Part shown: positions 37,237 to 47,417 of the stretch, in pieces
Layout of the letters: each line of letters opens with the position of its first letter
Numbering within the stretch: position 1 is the first letter of the stretch
Assembly: GCA_038230375.1 (NCBI GenBank)
Contig: JBBRNJ010000032.1
Span: forward strand, 1-64,000
Source: Polyangiales bacterium
GTDB lineage: Bacteria > Myxococcota_A > Polyangia > Polyangiales > Polyangiaceae
Direction: 5' to 3'
DNA: 64,000 nt
The notes under the pieces: model-generated
What the model saw: the letters and a program-made list of their open reading frames with translations, nothing else
The model's database searches: none
Told to the model about the DNA's origin: nothing
Program-made: the position numbers and the translations under genes

Positions 37237-38222
37237 CCTCGAATTCTTCAGTAGGCCGTCGCGACGCGCTCTCCTTCGCGGCATCGCTCGCGACGTCGCT
37301 CGTGCTCGGCTGCAACAAGAAGAAGGAGGCGCTGCAGATCACGGCGCCGCTCGGCACCGTGGTGGACTCGACGCAGACCGGCGACGCTGGCGTATTTGCG
37401 CGCGGCGCCGTGCGCCTCGTCACCATGAAGTTCGACGCCACGACCATGGGTCAGCCGTCCGCGGCCGTGGTGGTGGTGCCCGCGTGGGGCGCTCCCGGCG
37501 AGAAGTTCCCCGTCGTGATCGCGCTGCACGGCCACGGCGAATCGCTCAAGCCGCCGCTGGAAGGCGCCATGGGCTGGCCGCGCGACTATGCGCTCACGCG
37601 CGCGTTCGGCAGGCTCGCTTCACCGCCGCTCACGAAGGATGACTACGAATCGTTCGTGACCGACGCGCGCCTGCGCGACGTGAACGCGCAGCTCGCCACG
37701 CGCCCGTTCCGCGGCGTGATCGTGGCCTGTCCATTCATGCCCGACGGTGACGTCCGCAGCACCTCACCGCAGACGGGCCCCACCACGGCGTCGCGCGCTG
37801 AGTTCATCCTGAAGATGCTCCTGCCCAGGGTCCGCGCCGAGACTCCCGCCCGCGCCGACGCGAAGTCCACCGGCATCGACGGCGTATCGTTTGGCGGCGC
37901 GCTCGCGCTGCGCATCGGCCTCGGGAATCCGGAGGCGTTCGGCGCGGTGGGCGCTTTCCAGCCCGCGCTCGCCCAGGAAGAGGCCTCGGATTACGTGCAG
38001 CTTGCACAGAATGCGCGCGCCAGGAACAAGTCGCTGGCGCTCAATCTGGTCACCAGCGACGGCGACTACTTCCGTCCCGCCGTGCTCGCGACCCACGAGG
38101 CGCTGCGAGACAACGGCGTGCCGTGCACACTCCTGGAATCGGAAGGCCCGCACGACTACGCCTTCAACCGCGGACCAGGGAGCCTGGAGCTCTTGCTGTT
38201 CCACGACCGGGCGCTCCGATGA
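37233..38222 (+). CDS. Alpha/beta-hydrolase (putative esterase), Tat-lipoprotein-like
   Basis: GRRDAL...VLGC; ALHGHGE; nucleophile elbow GVSFGG; GPHDY. Confidence 0.8.
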   Translation: MTSNSSVGRRDALSFAASLATSLVLGCNKKKEALQITAPLGTVVDSTQTGDAGVFARGAVRLVTMKFDATTMGQPSAAVVVVPAWGAPGEKFPVVIALHGHGESLKPPLEGAMGWPRDYALTRAFGRLASPPLTKDDYESFVTDARLRDVNAQLATRPFRGVIVACPFMPDGDVRSTSPQTGPTTASRAEFILKMLLPRVRAETPARADAKSTGIDGVSFGGALALRIGLGNPEAFGAVGAFQPALAQEEASDYVQLAQNARARNKSLALNLVTSDGDYFRPAVLATHEALRDNGVPCTLLESEGPHDYAFNRGPGSLELLLFHDRALR

Positions 38223-38329
38223 TGTGATCACGGCTTCTGCTCTGGCTCGACCTGGCACAGCACAACGCCACGATCGACGGCTAAAACAGGCCGATTTCGC
38301 GATGCACGGAAGTTGCAATCATCTGGAAC

Positions 38330-39061
38330 ATGCTCTCCTCTCACTCGCCTCTGGTGCTGTCCGGTCTTGCCATGCTCACGCTGTCGGCGATCGTCGTCGC
38401 ATGTGGAGGCGCCACTACCTCTGGCATCTCTGGACCTGGCGCGGACGGCGGGAACGGCGGCACCGACGGCGGCACCGGCGCCGATGGCAGCAGCCCGAGC
38501 GGCTGTCCCGACACGATGCCCACCGCTGGCACGCAGTGCGACAAGCCGGGCGCCTCGTGCGAGTACGGCGGACAGGGCCCGCTTCTCCTGTGCAGCACGC
38601 TCGCGCAGTGCGTGACGCGCGACGGTCCCACGGGCTCGTGGACCGTGACTCCACCGGCCGCGACATGCATCAGCACGCCGGCGCAGAATCCCTCGTCGTG
38701 CCCCAAGGCCTTCGGCGACGTTCCCACGGGCGCGAAGTGTCCAGGGGGCAACGCGCTCGGCGCGGCGAGCTGCGTGTACCCCGAAGGCATGTGCGGCTGC
38801 GAGAGCTGCTACGAGCCAAGCGACGGCAGCCTTGGCAATCAGAACCAGGAATGGAAATGCGATCCGTACCCGATGCCCGGCGACGGCTGTCCCAGTCCGC
38901 GGCCCGAGATCGGTAGCGCTTGCCCGAAGGAGGGACAGTCCTGCTTCTACGGCGGCGGCTGCGGCACGCCGATCCCCTTCTCTGCGATCGCGTGCCAGAA
39001 CGGCGCGTGGACCCCGGAGGCAGTGGGCCTGGACTGCGCCATCCTGACGTGCGGCAAGTAG
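38330..39061 (+). CDS. Cys-rich repeat lipoprotein
   Basis: Lipobox VVAC; three CP...P..G..C...G..C.Y modules. Confidence 0.8.
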   Translation: MLSSHSPLVLSGLAMLTLSAIVVACGGATTSGISGPGADGGNGGTDGGTGADGSSPSGCPDTMPTAGTQCDKPGASCEYGGQGPLLLCSTLAQCVTRDGPTGSWTVTPPAATCISTPAQNPSSCPKAFGDVPTGAKCPGGNALGAASCVYPEGMCGCESCYEPSDGSLGNQNQEWKCDPYPMPGDGCPSPRPEIGSACPKEGQSCFYGGGCGTPIPFSAIACQNGAWTPEAVGLDCAILTCGK

Positions 39062-39128
39062 CCAGTCGCGCGCTCAATTCCGCCAACGCGGGTTCACAAT
39101 GGTGTTCCCGCGCCCATCGCGGTAGAAA

Positions 39129-41840
39129 ATGACCCGGGCCATCCCCGTGTTCGCCTCCAAGACCGACAAGAACCACTCGCACCGTCACGGCTCGTGGCTC
39201 ACGGAGCTGGGCGCGGACGCGGACTCGCGCGCGACCGACGCGCGTGCGGTCGGTGGAAAGGCTGCGCGCACCGCGTGGCTCATCGCGCACGGCTTCGAGG
39301 TCCCCCGCACGTGGGTGCTCGGCACGGCGGCGTTCGAGGCAGCCATTGCGCATCTTCCGCCCGCATGCGAGCCGCGCTCGCTCCTCCGGGCCGCGCTCGC
39401 GCGCACCGTCTACAACCGCGCGGCAGAGGCACGCGAGGCGATCCTCGCGGCGGCGCTCCCCGCGCACCTCGAAGAAGAGCTTCGCGCGCTCTGGGAGACG
39501 CTTGCAAGCACGGCGCCCTGGGGTCTGGCCGTTCGCTCGAGCGCCACGTGCGAGGACTCCGCGCTGGTCAGCATGGCGGGCCTTGCGGACACGAAGCTGG
39601 GCGTCCGCGGCGCCGCTGAGCTGGTGCAAGCAGTGCGCGAGGTGTGGGCCTCCGTCGCGTCCGGCCGCGCCCTCTCGTACCTCGCGGCGCACGGCGTGCG
39701 CGATCTGGGCATGGCGGTCGTCATCCAGCCCGTCGTCGTGGCGGAGGCCGCGGGCGTGATGTTCACGCGCGCACCCGACAAGCCCAAGGAGCGCATCGTC
39801 AACGTGTCGTTCGGCCTTGGCGCCCCCGTGGTCGACGGCGTCGCATCGCCCGATGTGTTCCGCTTCGACGTCGCCGGGAAGATCACGGCAGAGTCCATTG
39901 CCCACAAACCGAAGCGCAGCGTGGTCACCAAGGACGGCTTCTCCACCGAGGACAACCCCAGCCCGAACGAGAGCTCGCTCACGCCCGCGCTCCTTGGCGA
40001 GCTCGCGAGGATCGCGAAGCGCCTCGAGGAGGCCAAGGACATCGCCTGGGACGTGGAGTTCGCCGTGGAGAACGGCCGCGTGATCGTGGTGCAGGCGCGG
40101 CCCATCACCGGCGCGGCGGGTTACCCCGAAGGCGGCGGGCCCACCACCGTGTGGAGCCGGGTCAACGTGGGTGAGGCACTGCCCGGCGTCGCCACTCCAT
40201 TCACGTGGTCGGTTGCGGGCGCGTTCAGCGAGACGGGTTTTCGTCGGGCGTTCGCGTCGCTCGGCTGCCGCGTCCCCAAGAACGCGAAGCTGGTCGGCAA
40301 CGTCTACGGCCGCTTCTATCTGAACCTGACGGAGTTCTCGCGCATCGCCGCGCAGGTCCCGATGTTGTCACCGCGCGCGCTGGTGGAGCTCGGCGGCGGC
40401 TCCGGCGCGGAGGAGGTGGAGAACCAGCTCGGCGGGATCTCGAAGCGTGGATTCTACATGCGTCTCCCGCAGACGGCGAGCCGGCTCATCACCGAGCAGC
40501 TGGGGCTCGACGCCCAGGTGGACGAGTTCGAGCGCTACGCGCAGCGCGTGCTGCACACGCATAACTCGCTCGACATTGGCGTGCTGCCCGACGAAGGCAT
40601 CTCACGCACGCTGCGCGATCTGCAGGAGGTGCTGGAGCGAACCGGCAACGTGATGCTCACGTGCGGCTCCAGCGCGCTCGGCGCCCATCTCGCGCTCAAG
40701 ATGATGATCGCGCGATTCGACAAGGCGAGCGCGGATCGGCTCTCGCAGGGGCTGGTCCGCGGCATCCGCGATCTGGAGAGCGCGCGCCCTGCCATCGCAG
40801 TGTCCACGATCGTGGAGTGCGCCAACCGCGAACCGGACGCCCGCGCCGCGCTGCTGGACAAGAACACGCGCGACGTGAGCGCGCTGCCAGAAGGCGCGAC
40901 CAAGCGCGCCCTCGTGAGCTTCCTGGACCTCTATGGTGATCGCGCCGTTCGCGAGGCCGAGCTCTCCACGCCGCGGTGGCGCGAGGACCACGGCAGCGTG
41001 CTCACGATGGTGCGGGTCGCGCTGCGCGGAGAGCCGCGCGAGGTCACGGAGGCGCTCGCACGCGCGAAGGCGATGGCAGACGCGGACATGGCGGAGCTCA
41101 GCCCGCGTCTTGGCTTCCTCGCGCAGACCGCGCTTCGGCATCTGGTGGCGCGCGCGCAGAAGGCAGAGCGCCTGCGCGAGCGGATGCGCGCATGGGTGAC
41201 GCGCATGCTCGGCCTGGTGCGCGCCGCGGCGCTGGGCGCGGACAGCCGCCTGTCGCGCCTCTTGCCGGAGCTCGAGCACGAGCGCGTCCAGATGGCGGAG
41301 CGCGGGCTCCGCGTCGCGAAGATCCCCAACGTGTTCTTCCTCACCATCGACGAGGTCTGCGAGATCCTGCGCACGGCGCGCTCGGACTTCGGTCCGCTGG
41401 TGCGCGCGCGAAGGGCCGAGGTCGCGCGCGAGGAGGCTCGTCCCGATCCGCCGGTGACCTTCACGGGCGTGCCGCCATCCATGGTGCTCCCCACGGCCAC
41501 GGGCGACGTGATGAACGGCTTCGGCGCGTCCAGCGGCGTCGTCGAGGGGCGCGCGCGCGTGCTCTTCTCCGCGGCAGACATGAGCGAGCTCCTCCCCGGC
41601 GAGATCCTGGTCGTCCGCACCACCGACGTGGGCTGGACCCCGCTCTTCCTCATGGCGGCGGGCGTGGTCACGGAGCTGGGTGGCGCGCTCTCGCACGCGG
41701 CGGTCGTCGCGCGCGAGCTGTCGGTGCCCGCAGTGGTCAACGTCGATGGCGCCACACGGCGCATCCGCACCGGAGACCTGATCTGCATCGACGGCGACCG
41801 CGGCACCGTCCAGAAGCAGAGCCCGCGGACAAGCTCCTAG
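39129..41840 (+). CDS. PEP-utilizing enzyme (ATP-grasp, central substrate domain, C-terminal phospho-His swivel); rifamycin phosphotransferase-like architecture
   Basis: VGGKA, AVRSSA.CED, VQARPIT and TELGGALSHAAVVARE motifs. Confidence 0.85.
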   Translation: MTRAIPVFASKTDKNHSHRHGSWLTELGADADSRATDARAVGGKAARTAWLIAHGFEVPRTWVLGTAAFEAAIAHLPPACEPRSLLRAALARTVYNRAAEAREAILAAALPAHLEEELRALWETLASTAPWGLAVRSSATCEDSALVSMAGLADTKLGVRGAAELVQAVREVWASVASGRALSYLAAHGVRDLGMAVVIQPVVVAEAAGVMFTRAPDKPKERIVNVSFGLGAPVVDGVASPDVFRFDVAGKITAESIAHKPKRSVVTKDGFSTEDNPSPNESSLTPALLGELARIAKRLEEAKDIAWDVEFAVENGRVIVVQARPITGAAGYPEGGGPTTVWSRVNVGEALPGVATPFTWSVAGAFSETGFRRAFASLGCRVPKNAKLVGNVYGRFYLNLTEFSRIAAQVPMLSPRALVELGGGSGAEEVENQLGGISKRGFYMRLPQTASRLITEQLGLDAQVDEFERYAQRVLHTHNSLDIGVLPDEGISRTLRDLQEVLERTGNVMLTCGSSALGAHLALKMMIARFDKASADRLSQGLVRGIRDLESARPAIAVSTIVECANREPDARAALLDKNTRDVSALPEGATKRALVSFLDLYGDRAVREAELSTPRWREDHGSVLTMVRVALRGEPREVTEALARAKAMADADMAELSPRLGFLAQTALRHLVARAQKAERLRERMRAWVTRMLGLVRAAALGADSRLSRLLPELEHERVQMAERGLRVAKIPNVFFLTIDEVCEILRTARSDFGPLVRARRAEVAREEARPDPPVTFTGVPPSMVLPTATGDVMNGFGASSGVVEGRARVLFSAADMSELLPGEILVVRTTDVGWTPLFLMAAGVVTELGGALSHAAVVARELSVPAVVNVDGATRRIRTGDLICIDGDRGTVQKQSPRTSS

Positions 41841-41870
41841 GTTTGCTGCGGGAAGTAGTAGGGTTCTTGC

Positions 41871-42791
41871 ATGCGCGTCTGGGTGGTCCGTCCGGGTGAA
41901 GAAGGCCCGCTGTCGTCCGTGCTGTCTCGCATGGGCGCGGACGCGGGCGCGCTCGCGGAGGGTCGCGTGTTCGTCGACCGAAAACGCGTGCATGATGCAC
42001 ATATGCGCGTGAGCGCAGGCGAGTCCGTGCGGGTGTCGGCGAGCGACGCTCTTGCTGTGGACCTTGCGGGCGACGTGCGCATCCTGTGGAACGCGGGCGG
42101 GGTCGTGGCAGCCGACAAGCCCGCGGGGATCCCGACCATCCCCGATCACGGTGGCGACGCGCACGCGCTGGTGACGGTGGTCGCGCGCGCGGTCGGCATG
42201 CCCGCCTCGGCGCTTCATCCCACGAGCCGCCTGGATCGTGGCGTGAGCGGCGTCGTTGTCTTCGCGACCGACGCGTACGCGCGTGAGCAGCTGCGCACCG
42301 CCAGGGAGGACGGCCGCTACGAACGCAGGTACGTCGCGCTTGCCACGCGCGCGCCGTCACCTCTTTCCGGGACGTGGGACGCGCCCATTGGCCGCGCCAA
42401 GGATCCGCTGCTGCGGAAGGTGAACGGCGCGGACGCGGTTCCTTCGGTGACGCGCTATGCGGTGGTGGCAGAGCAGGAGGGCCATGGCGCGGCGATGCTC
42501 GCGCTCGCTCCAGTCACGGGCCGCACGCACCAGCTCCGCGTGCATGCGAGCCACGCCGGGGCGCCGCTCCTGGGTGATCGCGACTACGGCCGCTCCACAA
42601 ACGTCACGCTCGCGTCTGGCGAGGTGGTCCGCGTGGGCCGCATCGCCTTGCACTGCGCGCACGTGCGCTTGCTTTTCGGGGAGGAACAGGTACGGCTCTT
42701 CGCCGAGATCCCCGGTGAGCTGCGCGACCTCGCTTCCACGCTGGGGATGCCCGAAGAGATGTGGGAGAAAGCTGTAACATGCAACCTTTGA
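41871..42791 (+). CDS. RluA-family RNA pseudouridine synthase
   Basis: DKPAG, SRLDRGVSG, TGRTHQLRVH and LGDRDYG motifs. Confidence 0.9.
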   Translation: MRVWVVRPGEEGPLSSVLSRMGADAGALAEGRVFVDRKRVHDAHMRVSAGESVRVSASDALAVDLAGDVRILWNAGGVVAADKPAGIPTIPDHGGDAHALVTVVARAVGMPASALHPTSRLDRGVSGVVVFATDAYAREQLRTAREDGRYERRYVALATRAPSPLSGTWDAPIGRAKDPLLRKVNGADAVPSVTRYAVVAEQEGHGAAMLALAPVTGRTHQLRVHASHAGAPLLGDRDYGRSTNVTLASGEVVRVGRIALHCAHVRLLFGEEQVRLFAEIPGELRDLASTLGMPEEMWEKAVTCNL

Positions 42792-43456
42792 GGAAGTCCG
42801 CGCTGCTGGTCGGCCTGGTTCCGGCAACGCTCTCGTGCGCCGTCCTCCTCTCGTTTGCGCCTACCAATGCCGCCGCGGCAGCTGGGGAGGCGGGCGCGCC
42901 TCCTTCCGACGCGGGTCCGAAGAGATCGCTCCCCTCGCTCCGTCCGCCGGTGCAGGGCGTGCAGGAGATCCGTATCGACAAGACGCCGCCGGATCCCGAC
43001 CCGGCCATGCGTGAAGAGATGCAGTGGGTGTTCGATCTGCGCTACGAGCGCGGCGACATCTTCTTCGTCGGCGTTCATCCGCTGGACCTGGGCGTCCCGC
43101 AAACAACGCCGCGCGTGATGGGGCGCTTTGCGCTGGAGCTCTTCGAAGGGCCAACGCTCATCGAGCGCGTGCGCTTCGACTTCCCCATGCTCGGCACCGG
43201 GGACGCGCAGAACAAGAACTTCCTCGCGCCCGTCAGCTTCGAGAAGAAGATCACCACGCGCATCGGCGTGATGTTCCCGCAGACCAAGAAGGGCACGCGG
43301 CTCGATCTGTGGGATCGCGCCACCAACCTCCGGTATCGGCTCCCGTGGCCGCCCGACGCGATCGCACCCTCCACCACCGCGCCCTCCACCACCGCGAGCG
43401 CGCCGGACGCGGGCTCGGCGCCTGGCTGCGATGGCGGCTGCGCGCGCACGGAGTAG
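42779..43456 (+). CDS. Secreted hypothetical protein
   Basis: N-terminal hydrophobic leader; core GRFALELFEGPTLIERVRFDFP. Confidence 0.7.
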   Translation: MQPLRKSALLVGLVPATLSCAVLLSFAPTNAAAAAGEAGAPPSDAGPKRSLPSLRPPVQGVQEIRIDKTPPDPDPAMREEMQWVFDLRYERGDIFFVGVHPLDLGVPQTTPRVMGRFALELFEGPTLIERVRFDFPMLGTGDAQNKNFLAPVSFEKKITTRIGVMFPQTKKGTRLDLWDRATNLRYRLPWPPDAIAPSTTAPSTTASAPDAGSAPGCDGGCARTE

Positions 43457-44516
43457 CCTGGTGCTGCTCCGTCGCGCTCTGGTCGCCGGCGTCCTCGCGC
43501 TCTTCTGCGCGTGCGCGTCCGCGCGTGCGCCGAAGGATGCCGTGAGCGGGACGCTGGCGCAGGCCCCGTACGACGGCGGCGACGACGCACGCGACCTTGA
43601 CGACGCATCCGCGGACGATGGTGGCCTTGCGAGCGATGCGGACGCGGACGGCGCAAGCGACGTGCTCGGCAGGCTCGCGGATGGTGGCGGGCCGTGCCCT
43701 CGCAACATGGCGTTCGTGGCCGGTGTATTCTGCATTGATCGATACGAAGGCTCGCTCGTGGAGACGCTTCCCGACGGGACGGAGCGCGCGTACCCGCACT
43801 ACCTGCCCGTGGACGGACACGACGTGCGCGCCGTGAGCGAGCCCGGCGTCTTTCCGCAGGGCTTCATCAGCGAGCTACAAGCAGACGACGCGTGTCGGGC
43901 ATCGGAGAAGCGACTCTGCACGCTGGACGAATGGAAGACGGCCTGCATGGGCCCCGACGCGACGACGTTCCCGTACGGCAGCGAGCGCGCCGCCGGTGTC
44001 TGCCATGACGGAGGAAAGAGCCCAGTGGCGGCGGTGTTCGGCGCGGCCGCGCTCGCATCCCCGGCGCCGCCTCCCAGTCACCCCCCGAAGCGCGGAAAGG
44101 GCAAGCCCAAGAAAGAGCCGAAGCCCACCGCGAAGGGCGGCGCAAGAAACGTGCATCCTGCAACCAAATCCCCGAAGCCACGCACGCCCGCGCGCCGCAG
44201 CGCCCGCCCGAACGACGTGACCGCAGACGTGTGGACCAAGCTGAACGATCCGCGGCTTGGACAGGTCGACGGCGCTCTCTCACCCACAGGGCAGCACGTC
44301 GCGTGCACCAGCGCGTACGGCGCGCTCGACATGGTCGGCAACCTCCACGAATGGGTGGCGACGGATCGCAGCCTGCCGCATGGCACCTTCGCAGGCGGCT
44401 ACTTCCTGGACACGCACCTCAACGGCGACGGCTGCAACTACCGAACGGTGGCCCACGCCCACGAGTACCACGACTACTCTACCGGGTTTCGGTGCTGTGC
44501 GGATGTTGCGCCGTGA
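43431..44516 (+). CDS. Formylglycine-generating enzyme (SUMF1/FGE-sulfatase) domain exported protein
   Basis: FCIDRYE, KRLC...EW, DMVGNLHEW and GFRCC motifs; start may be GTG 43461. Confidence 0.85.
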   Translation: MAAARARSSLVLLRRALVAGVLALFCACASARAPKDAVSGTLAQAPYDGGDDARDLDDASADDGGLASDADADGASDVLGRLADGGGPCPRNMAFVAGVFCIDRYEGSLVETLPDGTERAYPHYLPVDGHDVRAVSEPGVFPQGFISELQADDACRASEKRLCTLDEWKTACMGPDATTFPYGSERAAGVCHDGGKSPVAAVFGAAALASPAPPPSHPPKRGKGKPKKEPKPTAKGGARNVHPATKSPKPRTPARRSARPNDVTADVWTKLNDPRLGQVDGALSPTGQHVACTSAYGALDMVGNLHEWVATDRSLPHGTFAGGYFLDTHLNGDGCNYRTVAHAHEYHDYSTGFRCCADVAP

Positions 44517-44785
44517 CTGGTGGCGGGTGCGTGCGCTGTCAGGCCCAGCACCCGTCGCCTGTCCTGGTCGGACCTTCGGTCCCCTCACGCCTTGGCGCGA
44601 GCCTCCCCCCGTGTCGCTTACGCGATGTCATGCGGAGCATGACGTTGGTTGACTGGCACCGGCGACGCTGACGCGGTTTGGCCTATTTTCTTCGATGAAA
44701 GCGGTGAGCCTTGGGCGCGCCTTGCGACGAGTTCGCTTGCATGTTTGGCGTCTCTTTGGCTGGGAAACGGATACTATGCAGTTGA

Positions 44786-46543
44786 ATGTCAGCCCTCGCT
44801 TGTCCTGCTTGTTCTACTCCCGTCGAGTCGGGTCAGAAGTTCTGTCCGAAGTGTGGCGGCCCGCTCGCGGCGGACGCGGCCCCCGAGGAGGATGCGTTCG
44901 TCGGCAAGGTCATCGGCGGTAAGTACCGCATCGTGAAGCTGCTGGGTGAGGGCGGCATGGGCGCCGTCTACCTGGGCGAGCAGCAGCTTGGCACCACGGT
45001 GCGCAAGGTCGCCGTCAAGACGTTGCACAAGCACCTGTCGCAGGACCCCCAGATCAAGGAGCGCTTCCAGCGCGAGGTCGCCACCGTCGTACAGCTCGAG
45101 CACCCGAACACGATCCAGGTGTTCGACTTTGGTGCCACCGACGACGGCACGCTCTACATCGTGATGGAGCTCGTGCAGGGCAAGAGCGTGCAGGACATCC
45201 TCGAGAAGGAGGGGCCCATGCCGCCGCCACGCGTGGAGAACATCATGCGTCAGGTCGCTGGCTCGCTCGAGGAAGCGCACGGCCTGGGCATCATCCATCG
45301 CGATCTCAAGCCCGACAACGTGGTGCTCTGCGAGCGCGCCGGGACCAAGGACTGGGTCGAGGTCCTCGACTTCGGCATCGCGAAGCGCTCCAACGAGGTC
45401 GACGAGAAAGAGAAGAAGCTCACGCAGCAGGGCATGGTGCTCGGCACGCCGCCGTACATGAGCCCGGAGCAGTTCACGGGCCAGCCGCTCGACGCGCGCT
45501 CGGACATCTACTCGCTCGGCGTCATGATGTACGAGATGCTCACGGGGCTGCTCCCGTTCGAGGCGAACACCGCGTGGGAGTGGGCCACCCAGCACATGAC
45601 CGCGCAGCCGAAGGCCTTCGAGGCCACGCCGAACGGCGCGCTGCTTCCACCGCGGATGCGCGCCGCGATCATGAAGGCGCTCTCGAAGAAGAAAGAAGAT
45701 CGCCCCGCGAGCGTGAAGGAGTTCTACGAATCGTTCGCGGGCACTGCTGGCGCGGGCCCAGGTGCAGGCGCGCCCGCGCCGTTGCCCATGGACGCGGCCC
45801 CCATGTCGGGCGGCATGGGCGGTCAGGCCCAACCGTCGAGCGGTGGCGGCGCGCCACGCGGCAAGACAGAGGTCGGCACGCCCGTCTTCGATGGCGGCAT
45901 GGGCGCCATGGGAGGAGGGGCCATGGGCGGTATGGCCGGTGGCGTTCCTCCGATCAGCGGCGGCCCACAGAATCCGTACGGCGCTCCGCCCATGACACCT
46001 CCGGGACCGAACACGGGCGGACCTGGCGCATACGCCGCGCCCATTCCCGCAGGCCCCATGCGTGAGGCGCAGAACGCCGGCGGTGGCGGACGCGGCGCGC
46101 TCATCGGTGTCGCCGCGGTCGTCGCGCTGCTCACGATCGGCGGAGTGGGCTTTGCGATCTCGCGTGGCAGCGGGCGCAAGACCGTCCCCATCGTCGACAC
46201 CACCGTGACGAACGGTACGACCACGGAGCCCACGGCGCCTATCGCGGACCCCAGCTCCACGCCCGATCCGGATCCGTCCGGCGCGACACCGCTCGGCGCG
46301 AAGCCGCTCGGCCCGTCGGGACCCACGTACACCGGCCCGGCGCATCCCGTGTCGCACGATGCGGGCGCGCACACCCCCACTGGACCCACTGGACCCACCG
46401 GTCCGGTCACTCCGCCTCCCGGCAAGCTGGACGCGGCGACCATCGCGGCGTGCGCAGAAGCCGCGGACCGCAAGAAGAACGGCAAGCCCGTGAACCCCAC
46501 TGCGAACCACACGTGCACGACGGGTGGCGGCAAGCTGCCCTGA
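44786..46543 (+). CDS. Membrane Ser/Thr protein kinase with N-terminal zinc ribbon (paralog 1)
   Basis: CPAC...CPKC, GEGGMGAVY, HRDLKPDN, DFGIAK, one TM helix. Confidence 0.95.
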   Translation: MSALACPACSTPVESGQKFCPKCGGPLAADAAPEEDAFVGKVIGGKYRIVKLLGEGGMGAVYLGEQQLGTTVRKVAVKTLHKHLSQDPQIKERFQREVATVVQLEHPNTIQVFDFGATDDGTLYIVMELVQGKSVQDILEKEGPMPPPRVENIMRQVAGSLEEAHGLGIIHRDLKPDNVVLCERAGTKDWVEVLDFGIAKRSNEVDEKEKKLTQQGMVLGTPPYMSPEQFTGQPLDARSDIYSLGVMMYEMLTGLLPFEANTAWEWATQHMTAQPKAFEATPNGALLPPRMRAAIMKALSKKKEDRPASVKEFYESFAGTAGAGPGAGAPAPLPMDAAPMSGGMGGQAQPSSGGGAPRGKTEVGTPVFDGGMGAMGGGAMGGMAGGVPPISGGPQNPYGAPPMTPPGPNTGGPGAYAAPIPAGPMREAQNAGGGGRGALIGVAAVVALLTIGGVGFAISRGSGRKTVPIVDTTVTNGTTTEPTAPIADPSSTPDPDPSGATPLGAKPLGPSGPTYTGPAHPVSHDAGAHTPTGPTGPTGPVTPPPGKLDAATIAACAEAADRKKNGKPVNPTANHTCTTGGGKLP

Positions 46544-46576
46544 CACGCTGTACCGCGATCACACGCGGGCGAGCGT

Positions 46577-47287
46577 TCAGCGACTGGCGCGCTCCTCCAG
46601 CACCTTCACGACCGCGCGCGCCACACCCGCGGCCGACGCCGGGTTCTGCCCCGTGACCAGGCGCTCGCTCACAACCACCTTCTCCTGGAAGTCCGGCGCA
46701 GCGACGTGCCGCGCCCCGCGCTCCGTGAGCCGGTCCTGCAGCAAGAACGGAACGACGTTCTCGAGCTTCACCGCGCGCTCCTCGGTATTCGTGAACGCAC
46801 TCACGTCCTTGTTCGCGACCAGGTAGTCGCCGTTCGAGAGCTTCACATCCACCAGCGCCGCCGGTCCATGGCACACGGCGGAGACGACCCCGCCGCCCTC
46901 GTAGATGCGCGCAGTGACGGCCTTGAAGCCTTCGTCCCCCGGCAGATCCCACATGGTGCCGTGGCCGCCGGCGAAGAAGATCGCCTGGTACCGCGTGGGC
47001 GAAACGTCCTTCGACGCGATGCTCGCGTGGAGCTCCGTCATCGTCTTCTCGTCGTCGAGCATCTTCGCATTGATGGGGTCCTTGCGGTCCACGCCGTCGA
47101 GCGGGATGCGGCCGCCCTTGGGCGATGCGAACTCCACCTCGAAGCCGGCCTTCTTGAAGAGCTCCCACGGATGCGAGATCTCCGGCAGGTACGCGCCGGT
47201 GGGGTCGCCGCTGTCAGTGCCCTTCTTGTCGTGGCTCGTCATGGCGATGAGGATGCGGGTGGTGAGCTTGCTGGAGGACTGGTTCAT
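46577..47287 (-). CDS. DJ-1/PfpI (type 1 glutamine amidotransferase-like, Hsp31-like) protein
   Basis: FFAGGHG, AVCHGP and TGQNPAS motifs. Confidence 0.9.
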   Translation of the reverse strand: MNQSSSKLTTRILIAMTSHDKKGTDSGDPTGAYLPEISHPWELFKKAGFEVEFASPKGGRIPLDGVDRKDPINAKMLDDEKTMTELHASIASKDVSPTRYQAIFFAGGHGTMWDLPGDEGFKAVTARIYEGGGVVSAVCHGPAALVDVKLSNGDYLVANKDVSAFTNTEERAVKLENVVPFLLQDRLTERGARHVAAPDFQEKVVVSERLVTGQNPASAAGVARAVVKVLEERASR

Positions 47288-47417
47288 GGTCGTATTCCTT
47301 TTCTTGGGGCCATCCCTGGTTCGGGGCGGCGCGTTTCGTTCACACCTATTCATGCAGCAGGGGAGGGCTTGGCGGTAGGAGACGCGGGGTGCGAACAGTT
47401 GTACTCTTGGGTTGTAA

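Noticed and set aside
42217..42250. SRLD instead of HRLD in the RluA-family enzyme as a sign of inactivation
   Set aside because: The catalytic Asp and the other motifs are intact, and the first position varies in this family.
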